A stretch of DNA of 64,000 nucleotides, taken from positions 23,428 through 87,427 of the forward strand of contig CAYYKJ010000003.1 in NCBI GenBank assembly GCA_964441265.1, written 5' to 3'. The position numbers and the translations under genes are program-made. Below, piece by piece: positions 1 to 9,950 of this stretch (the stretch's first letter is position 1; every line of letters starts with the position of its first letter). The DNA is from an uncultured archaeon (GTDB taxonomy: Archaea; Aenigmatarchaeota; Aenigmatarchaeia; QMZP01; QMZT01). Under the pieces are notes generated by a model that was given only the letters and a program-made list of their open reading frames with translations, searched no databases and was not told where the DNA came from.

Positions 1-1834
1 AAACCCCTATGGTCTGGGAAGTGTGGATTTCGGTCAGCGGCGTTCCGGAGTCGGTTGTATAACTGGTGTTGCCGGTGAAGTTGTACGTGTCTCCGGTGGT
101 CATGCTAGAATGGGATATGCAGTCGTATGTCAGCTTTATCAGCTCGTTGCTGTCCCTGGCGCCGAGGGAATCGCCCACCGTTCCCCCTCCGCTTAAATCG
201 GCCGCGGAGAAGTCCGGTATGGTGATGTTCACGAGTCCATCTGAGGTCCCGTCACCGGCGGGATCGGTCACCGTGACCGATATGTCCGTGTCGGATGTGT
301 CCAGTTCGTAAGAGCCGGTGTTGTTCACGAAGTAAAGCTGCACAGAGCTCGTATTGGCGTCGAAAGCGCCGTGGAAAAGCCCCGCCGTCGTGTTCGCCGG
401 GACGACCGAAAGCAACACCACCTTTTCGGCGGCGGCGGAGGTGCTTCCCATGTGCGTGGAGTTGTCGTTTATGGTGATTACATCGCCTCCGCTATCCGGG
501 TTTATGGTACCGGATATGGATTTGACGTTGGCCATGTCCACCTTGTAGAGTATGGGCATGTCCAGGGTGGTGTTCACGAAGCCATGGTAGTTGTCCGAAC
601 CGGTGTCGTTCCACTCAGCGTGCCATGCCAAATATACAGTGAAATACGGCTTGCTCGTGGAGCCGGTATTGAACCAGGAGGTGTTCGAAGACCTGTCCTT
701 CTCGGTGGTGTATATCCTCCCGTCTGAGGGCGTCAGAAGCTCGTCGTTGGCGCTCTGGTTGAACTTCCCGCTCTGGTTCGCGGTACCGTAAGGCGCCCCT
801 GTGGAGGGATTTATCTCGTATATCCTCCATTCCGTGACATTGTACGTCAGGGAATGCCCGCTGGAAGGGCTTTCGTTGGCCATGTTCCTCATGAATCCCC
901 TCACCGACCACTCGTTGCTGGAATCCTGGGACATGTCTATGCCCTGCCTCACCGGTCCCTTGGCCGACTTGCTGGAAATGGTGAGCCCGGTCAGAGTTCC
1001 TGACTGGGAATAATCCGCGCTCACTCCGGCCCCCGCCGAATCCGTGTCAATGCTGTTGACGCCAAGACCTATGTGAGTCCCTTCCTCCAGTGTGGCATTC
1101 CAGGTGACGTAGACGATCGATCCCGCGTTCAGGTCTCCTGTCCATACGATCCTGTCGTCGTCAGAGTCTCCTCCGTCTGAGTTGGATACCACGGTCGAGC
1201 CGCTGGTCGAGGAATTGGTGTCTGTATCTATGGACATCACATCATTCGAGCCGCTCGTGTCGGTGCTGAACTGGATCGTGACCTGGGAACTGGGAAGATC
1301 GACAGAAGAGCTTGGGTTCTCGAGGCTCAGGTTGAACTCCAGAGTGTTTTCACTGTTCCCCATGTTATCCGCGTCGAAAATGTCATACCCTCCCTCGCTG
1401 TTGTTGTATATCATCTTAAGCTTTATGACTGGGGCGGCGGTGGTGTTGGTGACATTGTAATAATCGCCGTCGGTCGTTTTGTTGCAAGTAAGCTTGCTCC
1501 TGGAATAGGCGGTGGGATAAGAAGTTATCACGTTCTTGTATGCAGTGGCGTCCTCAAGGTTGGTTTCGTCCGTGGAGGAAAGTGTCACCCTTACCTGCTG
1601 GAGGGTGTCCCAGTCGTTGGGAACGGAAGCCTCCACGTATCCGTAGCGGCAGGGGTTCGCCGCAGGACTGCATTCGGAATACGTGTTGGCGCCCTCTGAC
1701 CCCCATGTACTGTAATTCGCCTTTACCTGCTCCACCACGAAGGCCCTGGGCCCCCAGGCGGCGGAAGAAAAATTAGCCATCAAAATCAAACTTATAACGA
1801 AAACTAGAACACCACAAACGACATTCAACCTCAT
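1..1834 (-). CDS. Large secreted or surface glycoprotein, S-layer-like (runs off the window start)
   Basis: Absent from the ORF track because it is truncated. ATG at 1834 reads MRLNVVCGVLVFVISLILMANFSSAAWG (signal peptide), followed by Ser/Thr/Asp/Asn-rich sequence with many N-x-S/T sequons. Confidence 0.7.
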   Translation of the reverse strand, partial: MRLNVVCGVLVFVISLILMANFSSAAWGPRAFVVEQVKANYSTWGSEGANTYSECSPAANPCRYGYVEASVPNDWDTLQQVRVTLSSTDETNLEDATAYKNVITSYPTAYSRSKLTCNKTTDGDYYNVTNTTAAPVIKLKMIYNNSEGGYDIFDADNMGNSENTLEFNLSLENPSSSVDLPSSQVTIQFSTDTSGSNDVMSIDTDTNSSTSGSTVVSNSDGGDSDDDRIVWTGDLNAGSIVYVTWNATLEEGTHIGLGVNSIDTDSAGAGVSADYSQSGTLTGLTISSKSAKGPVRQGIDMSQDSSNEWSVRGFMRNMANESPSSGHSLTYNVTEWRIYEINPSTGAPYGTANQSGKFNQSANDELLTPSDGRIYTTEKDRSSNTSWFNTGSTSKPYFTVYLAWHAEWNDTGSDNYHGFVNTTLDMPILYKVDMANVKSISGTINPDSGGDVITINDNSTHMGSTSAAAEKVVLLSVVPANTTAGLFHGAFDANTSSVQLYFVNNTGSYELDTSDTDISVTVTDPAGDGTSDGLVNITIPDFSAADLSGGGTVGDSLGARDSNELIKLTYDCISHSSMTTGDTYNFTGNTSYTTDSGTPLTEIHTSQTIGV

Positions 1835-2002
1835 AAGCCACCCCAAATATTCATAGGCCGAAAAACGACCGGAATACATTCAAACATTTATATAGAATAA
1901 TTGGAGCATTAGCTATAAAAATATTCATTGTCTCAAAAGCACCCTCCGGGCCACAAAGGCGGGGAAAATCATATTTATATGTCCTTCGCACAAAAGATTT
2001 CC

Positions 2003-2854
2003 ATGGCACCTGGCATCGAGACTCTGCTGCAGACCGTGTATGCATGGATAATGGGCTTCATTGAGGGCTTTCTGCCCAAATATGTTCTGCCCAACCTGCA
2101 GCTCATAATACAGATAATACTGATACTTCTGGTAGGGTACATAATAGGTAAGGCGGCCAAGGCGATCGCCAGGAAGATACTCAACGTGGCCGGTCTCAAG
2201 CGCATAACCTCCAAGAGCCTGACGGAAGATATACTGAAGATAACCGGATACAAGGGAAACATAGTGGAGCTGATAGGTGACCTGGTCAAATGGACCATAT
2301 ACATAATCACGCTCGCAGTGGTGGTCCAGGTCCTCGGATTCACCACCGTCTCCCTCATATTCAACCAGATACTCATCATAGTTCCCAGGTTCATAGTGGC
2401 CATACTGGTCATCGTCATAGGGTTCATAATAGCCGATTTCTTCAGCAAGATATTCGAGGAGGCCGCCTCGAGGATGCTGGGAGAGGAAACCCTGAGCAAG
2501 TTCTCCGGGGGGCTGATAAAATACAGCGTCTCCATGATAGCCATAGTAATCGCCCTGGCCCTGATAGGGCTGGACATCACCGCCATCGTCATACTCTTCG
2601 GGGCCATACTGGTGATAGTGATAATCATAACCACCTTCGGAATGAAGGACCTCATCCCCAACTTCACCGCAGGGCTTTCCCTGAGGGGGGACTTCAGGGT
2701 GGGCGAAAAGGTAAAGATCAGAAACTGCTCCGGGAAGCTGGTGAAGATCGGCCCGTATTCGGCCGAGCTTACGGACGGGAAGAGGACTTTCAGGGTGCCG
2801 AATTCGGTCCTCTACAACGAGATATCCGAAAAGGGTGTCAGCGGAAAGGAATAG
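2003..2854 (+). CDS. Small-conductance mechanosensitive channel family protein (MscS/CmpX-like)
   Basis: Repeated TM helices, then DLIPNFTAGLSLRGDFRVGEKVKI...VPNS. Start placed at the ATG about 25 nt after a TTTATAT box. Confidence 0.8.
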   Translation: MAPGIETLLQTVYAWIMGFIEGFLPKYVLPNLQLIIQIILILLVGYIIGKAAKAIARKILNVAGLKRITSKSLTEDILKITGYKGNIVELIGDLVKWTIYIITLAVVVQVLGFTTVSLIFNQILIIVPRFIVAILVIVIGFIIADFFSKIFEEAASRMLGEETLSKFSGGLIKYSVSMIAIVIALALIGLDITAIVILFGAILVIVIIITTFGMKDLIPNFTAGLSLRGDFRVGEKVKIRNCSGKLVKIGPYSAELTDGKRTFRVPNSVLYNEISEKGVSGKE

Positions 2855-2875
2855 ATTCGCCCCGCAAAGAAAATC

Positions 2876-3135
2876 CTATTTCTTCTTGAGTAATTTGTCA
2901 AGCTTCTTGTCTATCCGGTTCATCCTTTCCTTCATGTCATCCCACGCCTCCAGCATTATCCGTGGGGCGGCTTGGGCCGGAACCTCGCAGGGACGGGCTT
3001 CCTGTCCCTCAGAAAATGGACGATCTCCCTGTTTATCAGCCTGTAATATTTCTTCCCCTGCTTCCATTCGGATTCCACGAGGCCTATTTCCTGAAGGAGA
3101 TTCAGGTGAAAGTCAATCGTCTGCGGTCTCTTTCC
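2876..3135 (-). pseudogene. 3' remnant of an ArsR-like winged-helix regulator, frameshifted
   Basis: An alternative frame reads GKRPQTIDFHLNLLQEIGLVESEWKQGKKYYRLINRE...KPPH, then shifts into IMLEAWDDMKERMNRIDKKLDKLLKKK. Confidence 0.6.
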
Positions 3136-3532
3136 CCGTTCTATCGTAGTATTGCAGATTTTTTATGACATTTTCGGCACAACCCCGTATGAGTTCCCTT
3201 GCTATTCTCAACCTCTTCCCGTGATCGGTGTAATGCCCCACTTGCTTTATCAAAAGATCCCCCGACAAAAGCTTTTCGCGGGGATAATAACTGCCTTCGT
3301 AATTTTCATACTTGCCAAAAAAATGTATGGGCACGCCATGCTTTGAGAGGTACGAAACGACACCAGAGGAAAAACTCAGTCGACCATGGGCATATATTGA
3401 ATATATCTTCTCTATGGGGAGGATTCTCCTTTCCATCTTCCCCTCTTCGTTGTTTCTGACAAAATAAACTGTGTTCTGCTTTCTTTTGAGTATGCCGTCC
3501 TTTGTTATGAAAAAATTGACCTTCATTTCCAT
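3113..3532 (-). pseudogene. cas1: CRISPR-associated Cas1 (type I-B-like), N-terminal 139 aa only
   Basis: FFITKDGILKRKQNTVYF...IPIHFF-like segment and YEGSYYP match the Cas1 N-domain. The catalytic C-terminal helical domain is missing. Confidence 0.85.
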
Positions 3533-3551
3533 ACCACCGATTATGTGACAA

Positions 3552-4952
3552 CTAAAGCTTATCCATAGCTATTATTTCTACCCCGAACTTCTCTCCGGCT
3601 TTCCCGGGCCCATCAAAACCAGAGCACACTATTATGAATTTCTCCGAGAAGTTTAAGCTGGCATTTATTTTTGATGATTTCTCCTTAAGGGATTTGGATA
3701 TCCTTTCAATGTCCCTGTCTTTGAGGCGACCAAGTTTGGCTTCGCCAATCAGAAGCTTCCTGCCTATCCTGTCTATGCCCAGTATGTCCACCTCAGACTT
3801 CCTGTCCCACCAGCGGCCGAATATGTAGTCCTTATATTTGTCCATATGAACAAGTTCAGATATTGCTACTTCTTCAAACGCATGCCCTGCGAATGAACCG
3901 AGTTCCATTAATATCTTATTATCCACAAGGTTTTCCTGCCGGCCCTGTTCGACATATTCCAGATTTTCAAAAACAAACCTGAACCAGAATCTGAAGAAGT
4001 TGTCCTTTATGACATATATGCCATTCCTCGAGCGGGAAGCGTTTTTTTCTGTTACCGGAACCCTTCTTTCAATAATGTGTAGGTTTGACAGCGTATCCAA
4101 ATATTTGTTGACAAAAGACTTCTCAAAGCCCGTGTCGTTAACTATCTGGCCGGGCCTTGTATTTCCCTTTGATATCGAGTATAATATGGAGAAATAGTTT
4201 TTTGGCTCTTTCAGTTCCTCTCTCAGGGTGAAGAGGACGTCCTGGAAAAGGAACCTGTTTTTCATCAGTACATTCCGAAGGATATTCTCCCTTATGCCTT
4301 TGTCGAAGTTAAACTCAAGCAGGTATGCCGGCATGCCGCCGAGCACGGCGTAATTCATCACCTTTTCCCTGAAGGGCATTCTTTCCGGGAAAAAGCGGCA
4401 CGCGTCCCTGAAATTAAGCGGCTCCAGCAGCATCTGCTCAGTTCTCCTGCCATATATGGGGCTTTTATGTCCGAGGAGCCTCTCCATCATCGACATTGAC
4501 GAGCCGCACAGCACGATAAATGCATTTTTTTCCGAAAGGTTATTATCCCAATGGTCCTGAAGTATGGAAGTCACCTTCTTCGAGGACTGTACCATGTAGG
4601 GAAATTCATCGAAAACAACCGGCATCCTGGGTTTTGACGCAATATAAGCGAAAAGTGCGTCCCAACTGGAGAAGGGGCTCAGCCTGAGCACGTCATCATT
4701 GAAAAACTCCGCCACCGAGCGACTGGCGCTCCTCAGTTGTTCCCTCTCTGATTCCTGCCTGGCAAGTATGTACAGCCCTTTATGTTTTTTGAGGAATTCC
4801 TTCAAGAGTTCTGTCTTCCCGACCCTTCTTCTCCCGTAAAGTATTATGAGCTTTGGGGCACCTTTTTCATAAAGTCCGTTCAAAAGCTTCAGTTCAGATA
4901 CCCTGTTTTTGAAATTTGCGCCCTTTGCTCTGTTGGATTTAGTATACTTCAT
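3552..4952 (-). CDS. Archaeal AAA+ ATPase (ATPase_2-like) with wHTH and C-terminal DUF234/PD-(D/E)XK-like domain
   Basis: Walker A YGRRRVGKT, Walker B VFDEFPY, GGMPAYL, DNFFRFWF, and EVD...GEAK. Confidence 0.85.
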   Translation of the reverse strand: MKYTKSNRAKGANFKNRVSELKLLNGLYEKGAPKLIILYGRRRVGKTELLKEFLKKHKGLYILARQESEREQLRSASRSVAEFFNDDVLRLSPFSSWDALFAYIASKPRMPVVFDEFPYMVQSSKKVTSILQDHWDNNLSEKNAFIVLCGSSMSMMERLLGHKSPIYGRRTEQMLLEPLNFRDACRFFPERMPFREKVMNYAVLGGMPAYLLEFNFDKGIRENILRNVLMKNRFLFQDVLFTLREELKEPKNYFSILYSISKGNTRPGQIVNDTGFEKSFVNKYLDTLSNLHIIERRVPVTEKNASRSRNGIYVIKDNFFRFWFRFVFENLEYVEQGRQENLVDNKILMELGSFAGHAFEEVAISELVHMDKYKDYIFGRWWDRKSEVDILGIDRIGRKLLIGEAKLGRLKDRDIERISKSLKEKSSKINASLNFSEKFIIVCSGFDGPGKAGEKFGVEIIAMDKL

Positions 4953-4991
4953 AGTAGTATAATGTATAATATACTATTTAAAGGTTTTTCC

Positions 4992-5501
4992 TCACTTCAC
5001 CCAGCAAAATTCAAAATAGCTGCATTTTCTACACATTTTCCTCTTTTCTGGTTCCGGTGGCTTCTCCATTGAAACTATATCACTTATATTTCTCAGGATG
5101 TCTTTTATTCTAGTTTCATTGTCCTCGGTAAGAATGATGGATTTTGTCTTCCTTAATTTGGGGTAATCTATCACCCCCTCAGCATCTACGCCTTTCTGTT
5201 TGAGATAATAAAGGTAATACAGGAGCTGGCAGACGTGGGCGTCTTCCATCTTGTTTGACTTCTTGATGTCGTGGAGCAACAGCTTGCCGCCTCTTTTCAT
5301 GAAATCTATGGATATCCTGGAATCTATCATTATTTCTTTCTTGGCGCCGGCATAGCTTGCTTCATGAATCACCCTGCCCATGGCCACGGCATCGGATTCG
5401 CGCTCCTGCCTTATGAAATGCGAGAAATACCAGAGTTTGGTGGGGCATATCACGTAATAGTTTACCTGCGTCCCTGTGAAGACACATTGCTTCGAAATCA
5501 T
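4992..5501 (-). CDS. cas4: CRISPR-associated Cas4 nuclease
   Basis: TGTQVNYYVICPTKLW, GRVIHE, IDF...DIKKS, QLLYYLYYL, and the C-terminal CRKCSYFEFC cluster. Confidence 0.92.
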   Translation of the reverse strand: MISKQCVFTGTQVNYYVICPTKLWYFSHFIRQERESDAVAMGRVIHEASYAGAKKEIMIDSRISIDFMKRGGKLLLHDIKKSNKMEDAHVCQLLYYLYYLKQKGVDAEGVIDYPKLRKTKSIILTEDNETRIKDILRNISDIVSMEKPPEPEKRKMCRKCSYFEFCWVK

Positions 5502-5511
5502 ACGAATGGCC

Positions 5512-6882
5512 TCAGAACTCAAGAATCTCATCAACAAATGCACAGAAGACCAATGCAGGAATCAGCATTATATTGATGTTCTTGTCTTTAACTATCCTGA
5601 AATCGCTCTTTGTTATTATGAATCCACTGCTGCATCCGATCTTCCTCATCTCTTCTTTTACTTTCTTGATGTCCTTTTTTGTTACCCTTTCCCTGTATTT
5701 GACCTCGATTAACGTCGTCTTTTCGCCTTTGACCACAAAATCTATCTCACCGTTGCTTCTGAGATACGTCATCCTCTTTCCATGCTTCGAACAACTGATG
5801 AAACAGTGAACTCCCACTATGTTTTCAATGACAAACCCTTCGTTGTCTTCCTTTATCTCATAGTCCCTGAGCAATGAGTTCCTTATGCCCTGGTCCACGC
5901 ACAGGAATTTCTTTTTGGATTTCAGCTGCTCCTTAACCGTTTTGGCAAGCTTCAGTATTTCGATTATGAGATAGGATGATTTCAAATACTCTATATAATT
6001 TGTGAGTATCTCATGCTTCAGCCTTGCCGCCTCGTTTATTTTTTCATAGCTTAATATCCTTGACTGGTTTGCAATGATGAAAACGAAAATCTGCTCCAGA
6101 ATCTTTGCATTCCTTATTCTGAAAGTAGTCGTTATGTCCTCGTATATCGCCTTGTTTGAAATTGAGTTTTTCAGTATTCTGAACCAGTCCCTGAAGTCTT
6201 TCACCTCAAAGAATTCGGGAAATCCTCCTGCAAGCATGTACTGCCTGAAATCCTTTTTGTACGCATCAAGGATTTTATCAACCGAAACGGCATCTGTTTT
6301 AAAATGAGTGACCTCCGTCCCCTTAAGCTCCATGAACTGCCTGAAGGACAAGGGCCATACCTCATGCAGAATGTATCTGCCCCTCAGGTACCTGTTGGCT
6401 TCTTTTTGCAGGGTCAGGCTTGACGAACCCGAAATGAATATCTTTATGTCTTTGTGTCTGTCGTATGCAACCTTAAGCCATTTGTACCACTCACTAACAA
6501 AATGTACCTCATCGAAAAACACGTATTTTTTACCTTCTTCCGCTATATTTTCCAGCCAGTAATCAAAAATGTCCTTGATAAGGTTATCAGAATATATCTT
6601 AAGATATGGATCCTCAAGAGAATAGTACAGAATGTTCCTGGGCTTTGCTCCCTGCTTGATGAGCCTCGCCATGATGTGCTTCATCAGGACGCTCTTGCCA
6701 ACCCTCCTCGGCCCGGTAATTATGGATATCTTTTTCAGCCGGGCGTCGCTGTGAATCTCCTCGACCTCGTCCCTCTCCAGGGGGTAATCCTCCTTCTCCT
6801 CAACCTTCCCGGTAAGCCAGAACCTGTTCGCCTTCTCAAGCTCCTGCCTGAAGACCCCCCTGTCCTTTATCATATTAACCAT
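5512..6882 (-). CDS. AAA_14 ATPase with DUF4143-like C-terminal nuclease-fold domain
   Basis: TGPRRVGKS, FFDEVH, SGSSS, GGFPE, and EIDFV...IEVKY. Confidence 0.85.
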   Translation of the reverse strand: MVNMIKDRGVFRQELEKANRFWLTGKVEEKEDYPLERDEVEEIHSDARLKKISIITGPRRVGKSVLMKHIMARLIKQGAKPRNILYYSLEDPYLKIYSDNLIKDIFDYWLENIAEEGKKYVFFDEVHFVSEWYKWLKVAYDRHKDIKIFISGSSSLTLQKEANRYLRGRYILHEVWPLSFRQFMELKGTEVTHFKTDAVSVDKILDAYKKDFRQYMLAGGFPEFFEVKDFRDWFRILKNSISNKAIYEDITTTFRIRNAKILEQIFVFIIANQSRILSYEKINEAARLKHEILTNYIEYLKSSYLIIEILKLAKTVKEQLKSKKKFLCVDQGIRNSLLRDYEIKEDNEGFVIENIVGVHCFISCSKHGKRMTYLRSNGEIDFVVKGEKTTLIEVKYRERVTKKDIKKVKEEMRKIGCSSGFIITKSDFRIVKDKNINIMLIPALVFCAFVDEILEF

Positions 6883-6976
6883 TATAGTGGAACATATTTA
6901 TATATTTTTATGCCAGTATAGTGGGAGAAAAGAAAAAGCAACGTCGAGCTCAAGACTTATAACTTTTGGTGATTTT

Positions 6977-7060
6977 TTAAGAAAGCCTGACCGGGCATAC
7001 AATGTAATGATTTACATGGGTTCCTGTGAAGAGATATTCCTTCGCCAGTAGGTCTTGCAT
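6977..7060 (-). pseudogene. cas4: Second, truncated cas4 5' end (27 codons)
   Basis: MQDLLAKEYLFTGTHVNHYIVCPVRLS* with a GAGGT RBS aligns with FTGTQVNYYVICPTKL of the intact cas4. Confidence 0.7.
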
Positions 7061-7288
7061 AATACCTCACACAAGCAATAAAAATAACCAGGCAGGAACA
7101 AACATAATCCTTTTTTGTTTAACTCTTTTTTCTTCCAACCTTTCCCGCGTTCATAACGTATTTTATTTGTATTATGGCACAAGTAACCTTTAAGTCTACT
7201 TGTAGAATCATATAAGTAAATTTTGGCGAGTTTTTGGCACGGCTGTTAGGAAAGCGGGTTTAAGACGGGATCTGATTCGGGTTTTGGG

Positions 7289-8506
7289 TTAGATGATGTT
7301 ATTTCCAAATTGATTTATTTCCTCTTTGTCTATATCTTTTATAACATCGATTCCCTTTTCTCTTATACTGTCCATGGTTTCTTTTTTCTGCTTTTTCATG
7401 ACAAAAAATCCTTTGAATTCATGGGAGACTAATCCCCACTTAAGCCAGGGCTTTGCCAGATAAAATTCTGGCAAATTCACTGAATATTCATACAGTATTT
7501 TCTTTAATTTCCATCTTAGGTTTTTTCTTTCTTGATTATTCTCACTTATTTCGATTCCATCTTTTTGTAACTTGTCTAGTATCTCATTCCAAGAAATATT
7601 ATTATTTTCTCTATCATTAATTATTTTAGCAAATGTTTTTCTCAATTTCACATCATCCTCCTCTTTTTCATTTTCTTCTTGCTCTTCAATCTCCATCAAT
7701 TGAGGAATAACCATTTGCATTCCACCAAGTCTTCTGAAAATTCTTTGGGCGTCACTTCTTTTTTCAGCTGTAAGGTACTTTAAATAATCTAGATTTTTCT
7801 TTATCTCTAGTATGTATTTTGAAGTTAGCGAATTTCCATCCTCCTCCTTTCCAAAAACATCATCGATCAGCTCTCTTTCTTTTTCATAATTGAGCGGTTG
7901 ATTCTCAAATTTCTTTAGAATTTTCACAGTGGATTCCATTACTTCTTCATCATAAATTGCCTTGCTTCCCCTGTCTTTACTGAAATTTGAAAAGACAATT
8001 ATGTTTGGTTCAACGACTTTATTTTCCTTATTCCTATTTATTCTCCCCCATCTCTGAATTTGGCTATCAATAGGGGAAACCTCCGTGATCATAAAATCGA
8101 AGTCTACATCTACAGATGCCTCAACCATCTGAGTAGATACCAAGATTACTTTTTTGCCTTCATCCAACCTCTCTTTAATTTTCTCTATTCTTTTACCTTT
8201 TACTTTCTCTGTTAGCCGTGAATTTAGCAAGAAAAAGCCGTCTTCTTCATTTTTTCCAAATTTTTCATAAAGTTCTATTGATTTTTTTACATTGTTTACT
8301 ATTATCATGGTACTGACTTCGTTTTCTTTAAAATCCTTCACCGGGAATATATTGGAAAAGCAGAAGTATTTGTATGTCCTTTTGTCGTGAAGCTCATCAT
8401 AGGCACTGCCCTTCAATAATTTATAGAAAAAACCCTGCAATTTTTTATAATACAACATATCATAAACACAATCCTTCTCAACATTGAAATTCAGGAGAAT
8501 TCTCAT
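7289..8506 (-). pseudogene. In-frame chimera of the Cas6 N-terminus (~68 aa) and the Cas3 helicase C-terminal half
   Basis: N-part LQGFFY...LHDKRTYKYFCFSNIFP is Cas6-like. C-part IIVNNV, LLNSR, VSTQMVEASVDVDFD and QRWGRINR are Cas3 helicase motifs. No HD domain, Walker A or DEAH. Confidence 0.8.
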
Positions 8507-8619
8507 TCAATCGCTTGATTTTTGGATTATTATTATAAAAGTTTTCTATGGGAAAAACAGAAATATTACGGCGCCGTATTATTTCGAAATACAGCCCGCA
8601 AATAAACGTTAGTTGCCGC

Positions 8620-9918
8620 CTATCCCTTCAGCCTCTTCATCAGTTCCCCGGCCGGGAGCATCTCTTCCCTTCCCGACTTCATGTCCCTGAGCTTGACCTT
8701 GTTTTTCTTCAGCTCCTTCTCCCCCAGAAGGATCACGTAAGGGATTCCCAGGGAATTGGCGTAGCTCAGGTTCTTTGATATTCCCCTTCCCATCAGGTCG
8801 ATTTCGCAGGGTATGCCGCCCTCCCTGATCTTCCCGGCAACCGGAAGGGCCTTTTCGAACGTGTCACCGATAGGGATCACCAGAACCCTGCTGACGGTCC
8901 TACCTTCCCCGGCCCTCTTCTCCAGCTTGAGGGCCTCGAATATGGGCTCTATCCCGAAGGAGACGCCCGTTGCCGGGAAATCTCCCTTACCCAGGTACAT
9001 TCCGATCATCCTGTCGTATCTCCCCCCGCCGGCGAGGGACGAGGTGATCCTGGACTTCCTGAGATAGACCTCGAAGACGGGCCCCGTATAATACTCCAGC
9101 CCTCTCGCCAGGGAGACGTCCAGCTCTATGTTATCTATCCCCATTTTCTTACAGTATCCGAGCAGCTCCTCCAGCTCCCCGATGCCCTCCTTTCCTTCAC
9201 CGCTTTTGACGTATTTCTTTATCTTTGAAAGTATCTCGGAGTTCTTCCCTTTGATCTTCAGAATTTCGAAGACCTTGTCCACCTCTTCCTTCTCAAACCC
9301 CAGCGTCAGTAGCTCCTCGCGTACCCCCATCGTGCCTATCTTCGATAGCTTGTCCACGGCCAGTATGGCCTTCATCTTGTACTCCCCGAACCCGGCGTAA
9401 TCCATTATGCCGTTCAATAACTTTCGGGAGTTGACCTTTATCACGAAATCGAACCCAAGCTCCCTGAATGCAGTATCTACCACCGAAAGTATCTCGGCAT
9501 CCGCGACCATGGACCTTACCCCGACCACGTCGACGTCGCACTGGAGAAACTCCCTGTATCTGCCCAGCTTTATGGGCCCGTCCCTCCAGACCGGCTGTAT
9601 CTGGTAGCGGCGGAATGGCTTGGGGAGGTTGGGATTCATGCCCACCACCTTGCACATGGGGACGGTGAGATCATAACGGAGCCCGAGCTTCCTGTCGCCC
9701 TGGTCACTGAAGCTGAATATCTCCTTCATTATCTCCTCCCCGCCGGCGAACTTGGCCGCCAGAACGTCCATGCGCTCGACCGCAGGGGTCTCCAGCGGGG
9801 AATAGCCGTAGGTCTCGAATATCCTCCGGAGCGTATCCACTATCATTTTCCTGGGGATCTCCTCCTCCGGGAGGAAGTCCCTCACTCCCTTCGCGTTCAT
9901 CAGCCTGACATCTGCCAT
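8620..9918 (-). CDS. hisS: Histidyl-tRNA synthetase
   Basis: KGVRDF, LRYDLTVP, GRYREFLQCDVD, ARGLEYYTG, GGGRYD. Confidence 0.97.
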   Translation of the reverse strand: MADVRLMNAKGVRDFLPEEEIPRKMIVDTLRRIFETYGYSPLETPAVERMDVLAAKFAGGEEIMKEIFSFSDQGDRKLGLRYDLTVPMCKVVGMNPNLPKPFRRYQIQPVWRDGPIKLGRYREFLQCDVDVVGVRSMVADAEILSVVDTAFRELGFDFVIKVNSRKLLNGIMDYAGFGEYKMKAILAVDKLSKIGTMGVREELLTLGFEKEEVDKVFEILKIKGKNSEILSKIKKYVKSGEGKEGIGELEELLGYCKKMGIDNIELDVSLARGLEYYTGPVFEVYLRKSRITSSLAGGGRYDRMIGMYLGKGDFPATGVSFGIEPIFEALKLEKRAGEGRTVSRVLVIPIGDTFEKALPVAGKIREGGIPCEIDLMGRGISKNLSYANSLGIPYVILLGEKELKKNKVKLRDMKSGREEMLPAGELMKRLKG

Positions 9919-9950
9919 TCTATCACTTTAATATTGTTTTACCTGTTATT

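Noticed and set aside
66..1776. Multiple plus-strand ORFs at the window start
   Set aside because: Antisense shadows of the long minus-strand surface-protein gene.
7061..7288. Possible CRISPR leader or degenerate repeat after the cas3 fragment
   Set aside because: AT-rich and promoter-like, but no repeated 28-40 bp unit; any similarity to type I-B repeats is too weak to call.
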